A model generated the notes under the pieces. That model saw only the letters and a list, made by a program, of their open reading frames with translations, made no database searches and was not told the origin of the DNA. The position numbers and the translations under genes were made by a program. Of a stretch of DNA of 64,000 bases, positions 39,984 to 48,727 are shown in pieces; within the stretch, counting starts at the first letter, position 1, and each line of letters opens with the position of its first letter. Location: positions 41,420 to 105,419 of the forward strand of contig DATJBF010000005.1 of the NCBI GenBank assembly GCA_035515475.1, written 5' to 3'. Source of the stretch: Verrucomicrobiia bacterium (GTDB lineage: Bacteria > Verrucomicrobiota > Verrucomicrobiia > Palsa-1439).

Positions 39984-41247
39984 GCCGGGCCTCCCGGGCC
40001 ACCCCGACGGATGTTGGCGAAACCGGCGCACCGGCCGCCGGGTGCTCAAACAGCGGCAGGTAGCGGGCGGCCAGGCCAAAAATGACCAGGCCAAACGAGA
40101 GCAGATTCAACGTGATCACGATCTCGATCCACGAGGGAAAATAATGCGAGCCGGTGGCGGGCAACAGGCCGATCCAGGCCACGTTGAGCCGGTTGAGAAT
40201 TACTCCGACGATCACCGGGATCGCGGCGGCAAACGCCCAGCGCCGGCGGCCCGACCACCGGGTCTTCAGCAGCACGAACAACGGCAGCGTCAGCAGCACC
40301 ATCTCCACCGTGAACGTGAATCCTTGGAGCGGATAGGCGAACACGTCCACCCACGCGTTCCGCGCCGTGAGATCGGCAATGCGCAGGAACAAATACAACA
40401 TCAGGAACGGGGTCATGCTCTTCGCCAGCACCGTCAGCACCTTCGGATCCAGTGGCCGCCGGAACATCCAAAACGACAACGCCGAAACGAAAATCGCCAT
40501 CGCGAAACCGGAGACCAATGCGCTGATGAAGAAAAACACGGGAATGAACGGCGAATACCACAACGGCAGCAGCTTCTCGGGCACGATCAGAAACAACGAG
40601 CCGAGCGACGATTGATGCACGGTCGACAGCACCACGCCGCAGATCACAGCAGGAACGGTCACGGCGTGGACGAAATGCTCCAGGCGATGCCAGCCGAGCT
40701 TCTGGAGAACAATCGGCGCAAACTCCACGGTCAACACGCACGTGTACAGGATCACGCACCACGAGACCTCGAAGAGCACGGACCGATGCTGCCAGCTCAC
40801 AATGGGCATCCAGATTTTGTAGTAGCGTCCGAGATCGACGATCAAGGCTCCCGACGCCGACAGCGTGTAGCAGAGATAAGCGGCCAGGACGATGGGACGC
40901 AGGATCGGGTAGAAGGTCCGAATGCGAAACACGTACGCCATGCACGCGGTCAGAAACCCGCCGGCGGCAAAGGCGATTCCGCACAGAACCATCGCCTTCC
41001 ACAAGCCCCACGGAAAAGCGTTTGTGAGGTTCGTGACGGCTCCCAACCCGAGCGTGTAGCGCGTCGCAAACGCATATCCGCCGAGACCCCACAGCGCAAT
41101 CAGGAACGCCCACCCGACGACGGCGGCGGAGAACGATCGCGGACGTTGCCGGCCTTCGAGGAACCAGCACGCGACCACCGCCAGACCCGCCATGACCAGC
41201 GCGGCGAAAATGCGAAACAGAATGAGCAGGAAATCCATTTCAGCCAT
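39970..41247 (-). CDS. NrfD/PsrC-family integral membrane quinol-interacting subunit
   Basis: 425 aa, about 10 TM helices, NrfD-like size and hydropathy; follows an NrfC-like Fe-S protein with an 8-nt overlap. Confidence 0.7.
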   Translation of the reverse strand: MAEMDFLLILFRIFAALVMAGLAVVACWFLEGRQRPRSFSAAVVGWAFLIALWGLGGYAFATRYTLGLGAVTNLTNAFPWGLWKAMVLCGIAFAAGGFLTACMAYVFRIRTFYPILRPIVLAAYLCYTLSASGALIVDLGRYYKIWMPIVSWQHRSVLFEVSWCVILYTCVLTVEFAPIVLQKLGWHRLEHFVHAVTVPAVICGVVLSTVHQSSLGSLFLIVPEKLLPLWYSPFIPVFFFISALVSGFAMAIFVSALSFWMFRRPLDPKVLTVLAKSMTPFLMLYLFLRIADLTARNAWVDVFAYPLQGFTFTVEMVLLTLPLFVLLKTRWSGRRRWAFAAAIPVIVGVILNRLNVAWIGLLPATGSHYFPSWIEIVITLNLLSFGLVIFGLAARYLPLFEHPAAGAPVSPTSVGVAREARHAAT

Positions 41248-42145
41248 GCGTTTCCTTCCGGCTGCGCAGACGGGACACGGCGCTGAGGATCAATCCCAGC
41301 CCGATCACAATGTAGGGAACCTTTGCCAGCCAGTTCCAGGTCAAGGCGGGCAGGGGCGTCGTCGGCAGGCCCGTGGGCAGACCGAGTTGCTCCACGGGGA
41401 TATCCGACAGGTACAACCACGAGGTTCCTCCCACCACGCGGTCGCCAAATAACGTGACGTACCGTTTGGGTTGCGCGGCGACGCGGGCCCGGGCTTCCTG
41501 CAAGATGTCCCGGTGTTTTCCATACTTCAACGCGCCCGTCGGACAGGCGGCCACGCAGGCGGGCAAAAGCCCGGCGGCCGTTCGGTCGTCACAGAAATCG
41601 CACTTGTTCACGCGAGGAGTCAACGCGTTGTCCCACTCGTATTTCGGCACGTTGAACGGGCACGCCAGAAGACAGTAGCGGCAACCGATGCATCGGTCGT
41701 CCCGCCAGACAACGGAACCGCGAGCCGTCTTCTCCAGCGCGGCGACGGGACAGACCGAAACGCAGGCGGGCTCCAGACAATGCATGCATTGCCGTTTCAC
41801 GGGGACCTGACGCATCGATCCCTCGGACGTGGGAACGTCGCGGAAATCCACAAACGTCCGCGATTTGAACGTCAGCTTGCCGTCGCCGGGCCCGTACCCG
41901 AACGTTGCGGGCGCCAACCCCGGATAGCCCTGCCGCACCAAGCAAGCGTTCTCGCAAGCCCGGCATCCAATGCACCGCGTGAGATCGACCAGCACCGCGC
42001 CGTCCCGGCTCGCGTCGTGGGACCCGCTTTCGGCTGACGACGCGGTCGCACCGGCCGCCAGCAGCGACAGCCCGGCCATGCCCCGGCGACAAAACGTGCG
42101 CCGCGAGATGCGCTGGGCAAACAGATGATGGCGTGGCTCCGTCAT
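41240..42145 (-). CDS. Tat-exported 4x[4Fe-4S] ferredoxin subunit (NrfC/PsrB/HybA-like)
   Basis: Twin-arginine signal (RRTFCRRGMAGLSLLAAGATA) and four Cys clusters (CIGCRACENAC, CMHCLEPACVSVCP, CIGCRYCLLACP, CDFC...CVAACP). Confidence 0.85.
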   Translation of the reverse strand: MTEPRHHLFAQRISRRTFCRRGMAGLSLLAAGATASSAESGSHDASRDGAVLVDLTRCIGCRACENACLVRQGYPGLAPATFGYGPGDGKLTFKSRTFVDFRDVPTSEGSMRQVPVKRQCMHCLEPACVSVCPVAALEKTARGSVVWRDDRCIGCRYCLLACPFNVPKYEWDNALTPRVNKCDFCDDRTAAGLLPACVAACPTGALKYGKHRDILQEARARVAAQPKRYVTLFGDRVVGGTSWLYLSDIPVEQLGLPTGLPTTPLPALTWNWLAKVPYIVIGLGLILSAVSRLRSRKETHG

Positions 42146-43152
42146 GGTTCCTTCGCGTCGGGAGGTTGGTTGTGCGCGGACGGATCCCGCGCCGGACCCG
42201 AATCACGGTCCTGTTTGCGGGCCCGGAAATGGGGCACGGCATACCCGCAGAATACTCCCAAGAGAAACGCCAGGGCGATCAACGGGACAAACACACGTTG
42301 GTTTGCCTGCAAGTCGGCGCGCAGCTTGGCAGCCTGTTCCTCCAGGGAGCCAACCTTGTTCTCCAAGGCCTCGGGGTTGGCCGCTTTGAGCCGGGCCACT
42401 TCCTGTTCGAGCGTAGCCGTCTCATGGCTTTGGTGGACCATTTCCCGATGGCATCGGATGCAGGTCTCCGCGCCGACCGTGAAGGTGTGGCCGCGGACGC
42501 CCGTTCCGCGGATTTTCGGCGTGCCCGTCGCCAACTCAGGCATGTGGCAGGTAATACAGTGCAGTCCTTGGGAGTGATGCGTCGCGTGGGTGAAATCCTT
42601 GAGTTGTTCGGCGTGACAGGTGCCGCACATCTGGTCGGGATCGTCTTTGCGCAACGCCATGCTATGCATTTTATGACAATCAAAACAGCGGACGTTTTTC
42701 TGGCCGTGGGCGCTGACGCGCCATTCCCCATAGGTGATGCTGTGGCACGCCTGGCAGACGTCCGAGGTCACCGGCAACGCCATCTTCTCCTTGTCGGGAT
42801 GATCGTCCTTCGCCGGGCCGTGACAGGATTCACAACTCACGCCGTCGTGAGAGAATTGCCCGGTTTTCCGGTCGTACTGGCTGGTGTGGCAGACGAGGCA
42901 TTCCCACTTGTTTCCCTGCTGCTCGCGGATCGCCAGGAACTCGGGATTGACCGCCCGTGCGTGGGCCGAGGCCGCCCAATCCTTGGTGTCCTGTTCGTGG
43001 CAGAGCGCGCACCGGTCAGACGCTTTCTCCTCGTCCGCCCACGTCGTCATTACGCCCCAAATGACCAATGCCGAAATCCCAATGACCAGATACCGGCAAA
43101 ATCCGAATGGCAGAAACAGGGGCGCGCGACGTGTTTTTTTGGTGATCGTCAT
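42142..43152 (-). CDS. membrane-anchored octaheme c-type cytochrome
   Basis: 8 CxxCH (CALCH, CLVCH, CESCH, CQACH, CFDCH, CGTCH, CITCH, CIRCH) with N-terminal signal anchor and C-terminal TM (PLIALAFLLGVFCGYAV). Confidence 0.85.
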   Translation of the reverse strand: MTITKKTRRAPLFLPFGFCRYLVIGISALVIWGVMTTWADEEKASDRCALCHEQDTKDWAASAHARAVNPEFLAIREQQGNKWECLVCHTSQYDRKTGQFSHDGVSCESCHGPAKDDHPDKEKMALPVTSDVCQACHSITYGEWRVSAHGQKNVRCFDCHKMHSMALRKDDPDQMCGTCHAEQLKDFTHATHHSQGLHCITCHMPELATGTPKIRGTGVRGHTFTVGAETCIRCHREMVHQSHETATLEQEVARLKAANPEALENKVGSLEEQAAKLRADLQANQRVFVPLIALAFLLGVFCGYAVPHFRARKQDRDSGPARDPSAHNQPPDAKEP

Positions 43153-45248
43153 TTGGTTGTTCCTTGGTCCTTCGGTGCTTGGTCATTGGTCGTTTCCGCC
43201 AATCCCTGCGGTTCATCCCGCCGTTTCTTCCCGATGAGCCACGACGGATTCATCGGGTATTCCTTCGGGTCGAAAATGACCCAGTAGAAGTGCCACACCA
43301 GGATCGCCAGCGTTGCCAGTAGCGCCTCGTAGAAGTGGATCACCTGGGCCACGTCGTGCCACACTTTTGGCAGGAGCCGCAACACCGTGTTGGTGAAAAT
43401 CAACATCGCGCCGGTGATGATCATGACCACCGAACCCCAGACCAGCGCCCAGTACTCCGCTTTCTCGACATAGTTCCAGCGCCGGTGCGGCGGTGGCGTC
43501 TTGCGCAAGCCGAGGTTGTACGCCAGTTGGGCGACGGCGTCCCGCAGATCATGCGGCACCATCCACAACGCCCACAAGTAGCTGCGGCCCCGGCGGGTAC
43601 CGACCAGTGTGAACAAATGGGCCACGAACAATACCGCGAAGGTCCAACCGCAGACGCGGTGGATCATCCCGCGGACGTAGGCCCCCGTTTCTCCGAACGC
43701 TCGGAACGGCCAGCTCCACACCGCGTCGGGGAATTTGTGCGCGAACCCGGTATAGGCCAACAGGACGAACAGTACCAGCAGCAACCAATGTTGGGCGCGG
43801 GCCAGCCGGGTCAATCGCAGTTCCGCGTGCGCATCGGCGTTTACCGCACGGATATGGGCGCGAGTTTTCCGCAGATAGTCGAGCGAATTAAACGCCACCA
43901 TCCCGCCGATGGTCACAACGATCAGCACGATGTAGAGCCGCGAAATGAAATTCACGAGGAACGGTTTGCCCTCCGCCGCGCCGGGCGGGGCATGAATTTT
44001 GAAGAACTCCGCGCTTAACCGCGTGCCGATGCCCGGATGACACTTGCCACACGTTTGCGGCAGATTCTTCGGATTGATGGTGGAAAGCGGGTCGCTGGCG
44101 GGGAGGATGTCGTGCACGCCGTGGCAGGAAGCGCAATTGGCCGCGGTGAGATCGCCGCCCTGCAATGCCAAACCGTGAAAGCTTTGGATGTAGGTCGTGA
44201 ACACGTTCGGGGGCAAGCGGTACTGCGTGATGATCCGCTGCGCCGCGTGACACTGCCCGCAGGTCTCGGGAATATTGGCCGGGGAAACCCGGGACGTCGC
44301 CAGTTTGACGGCCTGGATGGTGTGCTCGCCGTGGCAATCGGTGCACACGGGCGCATCGCGCACGCCCCGCTTGACCGCCTGGCCGTGAACGCTGCGCAAA
44401 TAGGTCTCTTCGACGTTCTCATGGCATTTCCCGCAGGTGTTGGGCACGTTCTGCCAGTACAACTTCGACTGCGGGTTGGTCGATTTGTGCAGGTCGTGCG
44501 AGCCATGGCAATCCGTGCAGACCGCTGCGTTCAGTTCGTGTTTCTTCAACAGCGCGATGCCGTGGACGCTCTCTTCGTAGCTCACGATCGGGCTGCGCTG
44601 GCGCAAATGAAATTTCTCCATCTCCGCCGTGTTGCCGTGGCATCGGCCACAGGTGTTGGGGATGTTGGTTCGATACACGGGCGAGGCGGGGTCGCGGTAA
44701 TTCAGCAACTCGTGGGGATTGCCGTGGCAATCCCGGCACGACGCCGCTTCCGAAACGCCCTTGTGAACGGCCTGGCCGTGATCGCTGTTCAGATAGATCT
44801 GCGTCTCCACCCGATGGCACTGGCCGCAACTGACGGGCTTGAGATGTTCCGCGTGCGGCACGTCCGTGATATCGGTATGGCAACTCGTGCACAGGTTTTT
44901 CCCGTGAATCGAGCGCGAGAATTTCTCTTCATCGATGAACAGCGAGACCACCTTACCTGCGGCGTTCGTTTCGACGAGCGTCTGATCAGAATGGCAGAGG
45001 AAACAGTCGGAATTTTCAATGGCCCGAGCGCTGGCGGCAACCGATAGAGCAGCGATGAGGAAGGCGCATCCCTGCGCCCTGATCCTCTTCGCCGACCAGC
45101 GGGGGCGAGGAGATGCTTGGGGCGCGTTCTCTCTCCCCGGGACGCACGGGAGCGGGTTCGCCGCCAACGTTAACTCATGCCGTCGCATAACTGTGCAGTC
45201 CACTGAGCAGGTAGTTGACGCCGAAGTAGGTGAAGATGACCGAGGCAA
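43149..45248 (-). CDS. CbcL-like fusion: 11-heme c-type cytochrome plus C-terminal diheme cytochrome b (HydC/FdnI-type) membrane domain
   Basis: 11 CxxCH in the N-terminal 420 aa. The C-terminal 250 aa has 4-5 TM helices with conserved His pairs (HWLLLVLFVLLAYTGFAHKF, HRVCGWTFAVLFVAHLF, HDVAQVIHFYEALLATLAILVWHFYW). The true start is probably a non-ATG codon downstream of 45175, since the ORF-track 5' end overlaps the ccsA-like gene. Confidence 0.8.
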   Translation of the reverse strand: MPRSSSPTSASTTCSVDCTVMRRHELTLAANPLPCVPGRENAPQASPRPRWSAKRIRAQGCAFLIAALSVAASARAIENSDCFLCHSDQTLVETNAAGKVVSLFIDEEKFSRSIHGKNLCTSCHTDITDVPHAEHLKPVSCGQCHRVETQIYLNSDHGQAVHKGVSEAASCRDCHGNPHELLNYRDPASPVYRTNIPNTCGRCHGNTAEMEKFHLRQRSPIVSYEESVHGIALLKKHELNAAVCTDCHGSHDLHKSTNPQSKLYWQNVPNTCGKCHENVEETYLRSVHGQAVKRGVRDAPVCTDCHGEHTIQAVKLATSRVSPANIPETCGQCHAAQRIITQYRLPPNVFTTYIQSFHGLALQGGDLTAANCASCHGVHDILPASDPLSTINPKNLPQTCGKCHPGIGTRLSAEFFKIHAPPGAAEGKPFLVNFISRLYIVLIVVTIGGMVAFNSLDYLRKTRAHIRAVNADAHAELRLTRLARAQHWLLLVLFVLLAYTGFAHKFPDAVWSWPFRAFGETGAYVRGMIHRVCGWTFAVLFVAHLFTLVGTRRGRSYLWALWMVPHDLRDAVAQLAYNLGLRKTPPPHRRWNYVEKAEYWALVWGSVVMIITGAMLIFTNTVLRLLPKVWHDVAQVIHFYEALLATLAILVWHFYWVIFDPKEYPMNPSWLIGKKRRDEPQGLAETTNDQAPKDQGTTK

Positions 45249-46017
45249 ACCCGATGACCGAGATCCACGCCGCGCGCTGGCCTTTCCAGCCGCGCATGAA
45301 CCGGCAGTGCAAGAACACGGCGTAGATCAACCACGTGATCAGCGACCAGGTTTCCTTCGGGTCCCAACTCCAGTAGGTGCCCCACGCGGAATTCGCCCAC
45401 ACCGCGCCGCTGATGATGCCGACCGTCAGGAACAGGAACCCGAACGAAATCGTCTTGGCCGTGGCCGCGTCGAACGCATCCACGTAGTCAATGGTGGCAC
45501 GGGCTTCCGTGCCTGTGCGTCCACGGACCGGTACGCCCGTGCCACCTCGGATTCGGACCGCCACGAGATATCCGACGCTCGCCGCAAACGCGACCGCGAA
45601 CGCACCGTAGCCGAGGAAGCAGGTGAACACGTGCACCGTCAGCCAGTTCGACCGCAAGGCGGGCATCAACGGCTTGATCGTCGAATCCTGATACGTGCTC
45701 GCATACGCCAGCGTCAGCACCGCCAGCAACGCCGTCGCCGCTCCCAACGCGGGAATCTCGCGGCGGACCCGCAACGCCAGGTAGACGACCACGACCGCCC
45801 ACGCGAACAACACGAGCGATTCGAACATGTTGCTGAACGGCGCCCGGCCCGCGCTGATCCAACGCAGGACGAGATAAACCGTCTGCGCGATCAGCCCGGC
45901 CGACAGCAGCCCGGTCGCCGCGGTCGCAAAGCGGCGTTTACTGGAAAACAGGTTCGCCGCCGCAAGCAGCAGCGCCGTCAGATAGCCAGCCAGGCTGAGA
46001 TTGAATGCGAACGTCAT
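45175..46017 (-). CDS. CcsA/ResC-family cytochrome c assembly protein (HemX-like, downstream of hemA)
   Basis: WWD-type motif WGTYWSWDPKETWSL with conserved His residues in TM helices. Probable start MTFAFNLSLAGYL; the ORF-track start at 46146 is an extension overlapping hemA. Confidence 0.75.
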   Translation of the reverse strand: MTFAFNLSLAGYLTALLLAAANLFSSKRRFATAATGLLSAGLIAQTVYLVLRWISAGRAPFSNMFESLVLFAWAVVVVYLALRVRREIPALGAATALLAVLTLAYASTYQDSTIKPLMPALRSNWLTVHVFTCFLGYGAFAVAFAASVGYLVAVRIRGGTGVPVRGRTGTEARATIDYVDAFDAATAKTISFGFLFLTVGIISGAVWANSAWGTYWSWDPKETWSLITWLIYAVFLHCRFMRGWKGQRAAWISVIGFASVIFTYFGVNYLLSGLHSYATA

Positions 46018-47101
46018 GGTCGTCCTTTCCGTCGCCTGGAGGGCGAGCCTCCCGGCGAGCCGTCGTCCCCTGCGGTTCGGCAGGAGCCTCACCCTCCACG
46101 TGCAGTTTGGGGAGCAACGCGGCGGTGTGTTTGTCGATGATGGCACGGCACAGCGCCAACTCCTGTTCGCGATGGTGCACGTTGTGGCGCACGATCGCTT
46201 CCAAATCGTCGATGTTGTAAAGGTAAACGTTGTCGATCCGCTGCGCGTCGGGATCGATGTCGCGCGGCACGGCGATGTCGATCAGGAACAGCGGACGGTT
46301 GCGCCGCGTCTGCATCAGCTTCTCCACGTCGGCCCGATGCAGAATCGTCTGGGGACAACCCGTCGAGCTGACCACGATGTCCACGTCGGCCATTCGCTGG
46401 AGACAGTCGTCGAACCGGATCGCCTGACCGTTGAATTCCGTCGCCAGGGCTTGCGCGCGGTCGAACGAGCGGTTGGAGACGAGGATCGATGGGGCGCCCT
46501 TCTTGGCGAGGTGGCGCACGCAGGCTTCGCCCATCTTGCCGGCGCCGATGATCATCACCGTGTGCTTCGACAAATCGTGACGGAAAATCTTCTCGGCCAA
46601 CTCCACCGCCACGCTCCCGACCGACGTGGCGCCGCGGCCAATCGCCGTGCGGGTGCGGATTTCCTTCACCGCTTGAAACGCTTTCTGGAACACGCGGTTA
46701 AGCGTCGCGCCGGTCAACCGCGCGGCATGGGCCGATTCATACGCGTGCTTGACCTGGCCCGTGATTTCGGTCTCGCCAAGCACCATCGAGTCGAGCCCGC
46801 TGGCGACCGAGAACAGGTGGGCGATGGCGTCGGCGCCATCGCGCAGATAGAGATGCTCCCGCACGTCGCAAACGTACTTCGAGAGCAACTGAAACAGCGA
46901 TTTCACGTTGCCGTTGACGGCCGGCGCGACGCCGTAGATTTCGACGCGATTGCAGGTCGAGAGCAGCACGACTTCGTCGAGGCCGCCGACGACCCTGAGC
47001 CGGCAACCGTGGCAGCCGAGCTGCGATGGTGCGATGGCGAGTTGCTCGCGCAATTCGACCGGCGCGGTCTTGTAGCTCAGCCCGGCGACAAAGAGGGTCA
47101 T
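45938..47101 (-). CDS. hemA: glutamyl-tRNA reductase
   Basis: MTLFVAGLSYKTAPVELREQL, catalytic LSTCNRVEIYGV, NADPH-binding IIGAGKMGE; GGAGGA RBS. The C-terminus may be shorter than the ORF-track end. Confidence 0.9.
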   Translation of the reverse strand: MTLFVAGLSYKTAPVELREQLAIAPSQLGCHGCRLRVVGGLDEVVLLSTCNRVEIYGVAPAVNGNVKSLFQLLSKYVCDVREHLYLRDGADAIAHLFSVASGLDSMVLGETEITGQVKHAYESAHAARLTGATLNRVFQKAFQAVKEIRTRTAIGRGATSVGSVAVELAEKIFRHDLSKHTVMIIGAGKMGEACVRHLAKKGAPSILVSNRSFDRAQALATEFNGQAIRFDDCLQRMADVDIVVSSTGCPQTILHRADVEKLMQTRRNRPLFLIDIAVPRDIDPDAQRIDNVYLYNIDDLEAIVRHNVHHREQELALCRAIIDKHTAALLPKLHVEGEAPAEPQGTTARREARPPGDGKDDHDVRIQSQPGWLSDGAAACGGEPVFQ

Positions 47102-47115
47102 GGGCCCCGTCCTCC

Positions 47116-47250
47116 CAAATCCGAAATCCGAAATCCGAAGCCGAGCCGCAGGCGAGACCTGCGCAGCAAATCCGAAACAATTTCCAAACTCAAATTTGGG
47201 AAATTCGGATTTGGCTCGTATTTCGAGATTCGAATTTCGGATTTCATTTG
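47116..47250. repeat. AT-rich array of direct and inverted AAATCCGAA/TTCGGATTT motifs between resB stop and hemA start
   Basis: aaatccgaaatccgaaatccgaag (three or more direct copies), aaatccgaaacaatttcc...gggaaattcggattt (imperfect 18-20-bp inverted repeat), ttcgaatttcggattt. Local GC is far below the flanks. Confidence 0.7.
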
Positions 47251-48446
47251 TGCAGCCATGGATTCAGGTAGAACACGATGAACAAGCCGGCGATCATCAG
47301 GCTGAATCCCGCATAAACGACGGGCACGCCGGGATCTTTCACGACCTGCAACGACGTGTAGCTGAGGTCGTTGGGGTCGTAGCCCGATTGATAGAACGTG
47401 TAGCCTTTGTACGAGAACGGGCTATTGACCTCGACCTGGCGCTCACCCACGACCGTTCCTCCATCGATCACATCCACCGTGCTGCGAAATGACTTGATTG
47501 GCCCGCGGGGCATCGGCTCGCGCGGTGTTGCCCCGTCGTCCTGATAGACCATCTGCAGGGGACTCGAGGCGGTCGTCTGCCCGCCGGGACCGTGCATCGT
47601 GAAATCGGGGAACTTCGCGAACAACCAGCGGTGGTTGGAATACGATGGCCCGGCGACGGCTACAAGGATCGCGGGGTTGCGCGGTTCGTTGGACCGGCTC
47701 GTCACCTCTTTCGTGTTCGTATCGATCACGAAATCGGGGACGTATTTCAGGATCGTGATCTTGAATTCGCCGAGCGTCTGTTCGACGCCAAGCTTGATCG
47801 GCAGGCTCGCCTGAAGCTTCTTTTCAGGCCACGCCACCAGCAACGCGGGGCCGCAATCGGTGTGCGACAACGCGCCGTTCTCCGATCCGTCGCCGGACTT
47901 CTTCTGGTCATACGTTTCGATCTCGAACTTTGTCAGGTGAATCGCAAACGGGAGCGGCTTGACGCCGCGGTCGTCCACAAACTGCGCGGCGGTCTGGCCT
48001 TCGCGGAATTCGAGGTAACCCTTCTGTCCCCACACGCCGCGGATCACGCCGCCCGCCAGAATCATCAGGATGCTCAGGTGCGTGAGCATCGAGCCGAATG
48101 CCCGGCCGCGCGCATAGCCCGTTGTCCGTCGGACGGTGGCGAAGCGCCGCGTGCTGCATACGGCGACGGTCGACGACAGCACGCACAGCAACGCGATAAA
48201 CCACCACGAGGAGAACGTGTGTGTCAGCCCGGCCTTGCCGAGCCAGTCCATGCGTGCCGTTGCTTCGGGGTGCCTCGCAAGGTAACGCGCGACGTCCGCG
48301 CCTTGCGGCAACAGCGTACCGAGAACGCAGGCAGCGGCGATGATAACGACGACGCCAACCGCGAATTTCACGGAGGAGAGCTGGTCGAAGATGCGCGAGG
48401 TCAGCGATTTCCTGGATGTAACCTGTGTGGAATGACCTTGCCCCAT
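47244..48446 (-). CDS. ResB/Ccs1-family cytochrome c biogenesis protein (System II)
   Basis: N-terminal TM (FAVGVVVIIAAACVLGTLLPQ), large periplasmic domain, C-terminal TM; size and topology match ResB. Probable start MGQGHST at about 48446. Confidence 0.65.
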   Translation of the reverse strand: MGQGHSTQVTSRKSLTSRIFDQLSSVKFAVGVVVIIAAACVLGTLLPQGADVARYLARHPEATARMDWLGKAGLTHTFSSWWFIALLCVLSSTVAVCSTRRFATVRRTTGYARGRAFGSMLTHLSILMILAGGVIRGVWGQKGYLEFREGQTAAQFVDDRGVKPLPFAIHLTKFEIETYDQKKSGDGSENGALSHTDCGPALLVAWPEKKLQASLPIKLGVEQTLGEFKITILKYVPDFVIDTNTKEVTSRSNEPRNPAILVAVAGPSYSNHRWLFAKFPDFTMHGPGGQTTASSPLQMVYQDDGATPREPMPRGPIKSFRSTVDVIDGGTVVGERQVEVNSPFSYKGYTFYQSGYDPNDLSYTSLQVVKDPGVPVVYAGFSLMIAGLFIVFYLNPWLHK

Positions 48447-48727
48447 GGCCACCTTTCGTGTGACGGGCGGTGGCTTAGCAGTGGCCTTGCCAGTGGATGC
48501 CGCAGGTTGGGGCGACGGTCTGTAAGCGCTTGGCCTACAGTCGATTGCCGTGCGCGAAATCGCGCAGGCGACGAATCGGCTGCGCCGATCGTCGACCGAC
48601 AGATTGGCGGCGGGCTCCCGTTTCATGACAGCTTGTCATCAGTCGCCAAGCCAAGAGGCGATAGGGGGACGCGCTGCGTTGCAACCGAATCTTTGACTCG
48701 GCTCCGCTATTCGTCGCGGTGTCAACC

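Noticed and set aside
42133-43287. 384-aa plus-strand ORF and 44037..45047 336-aa ORF inside the cytochrome genes
   Set aside because: Antisense to genes with 8-11 CxxCH motifs; no motifs of their own.
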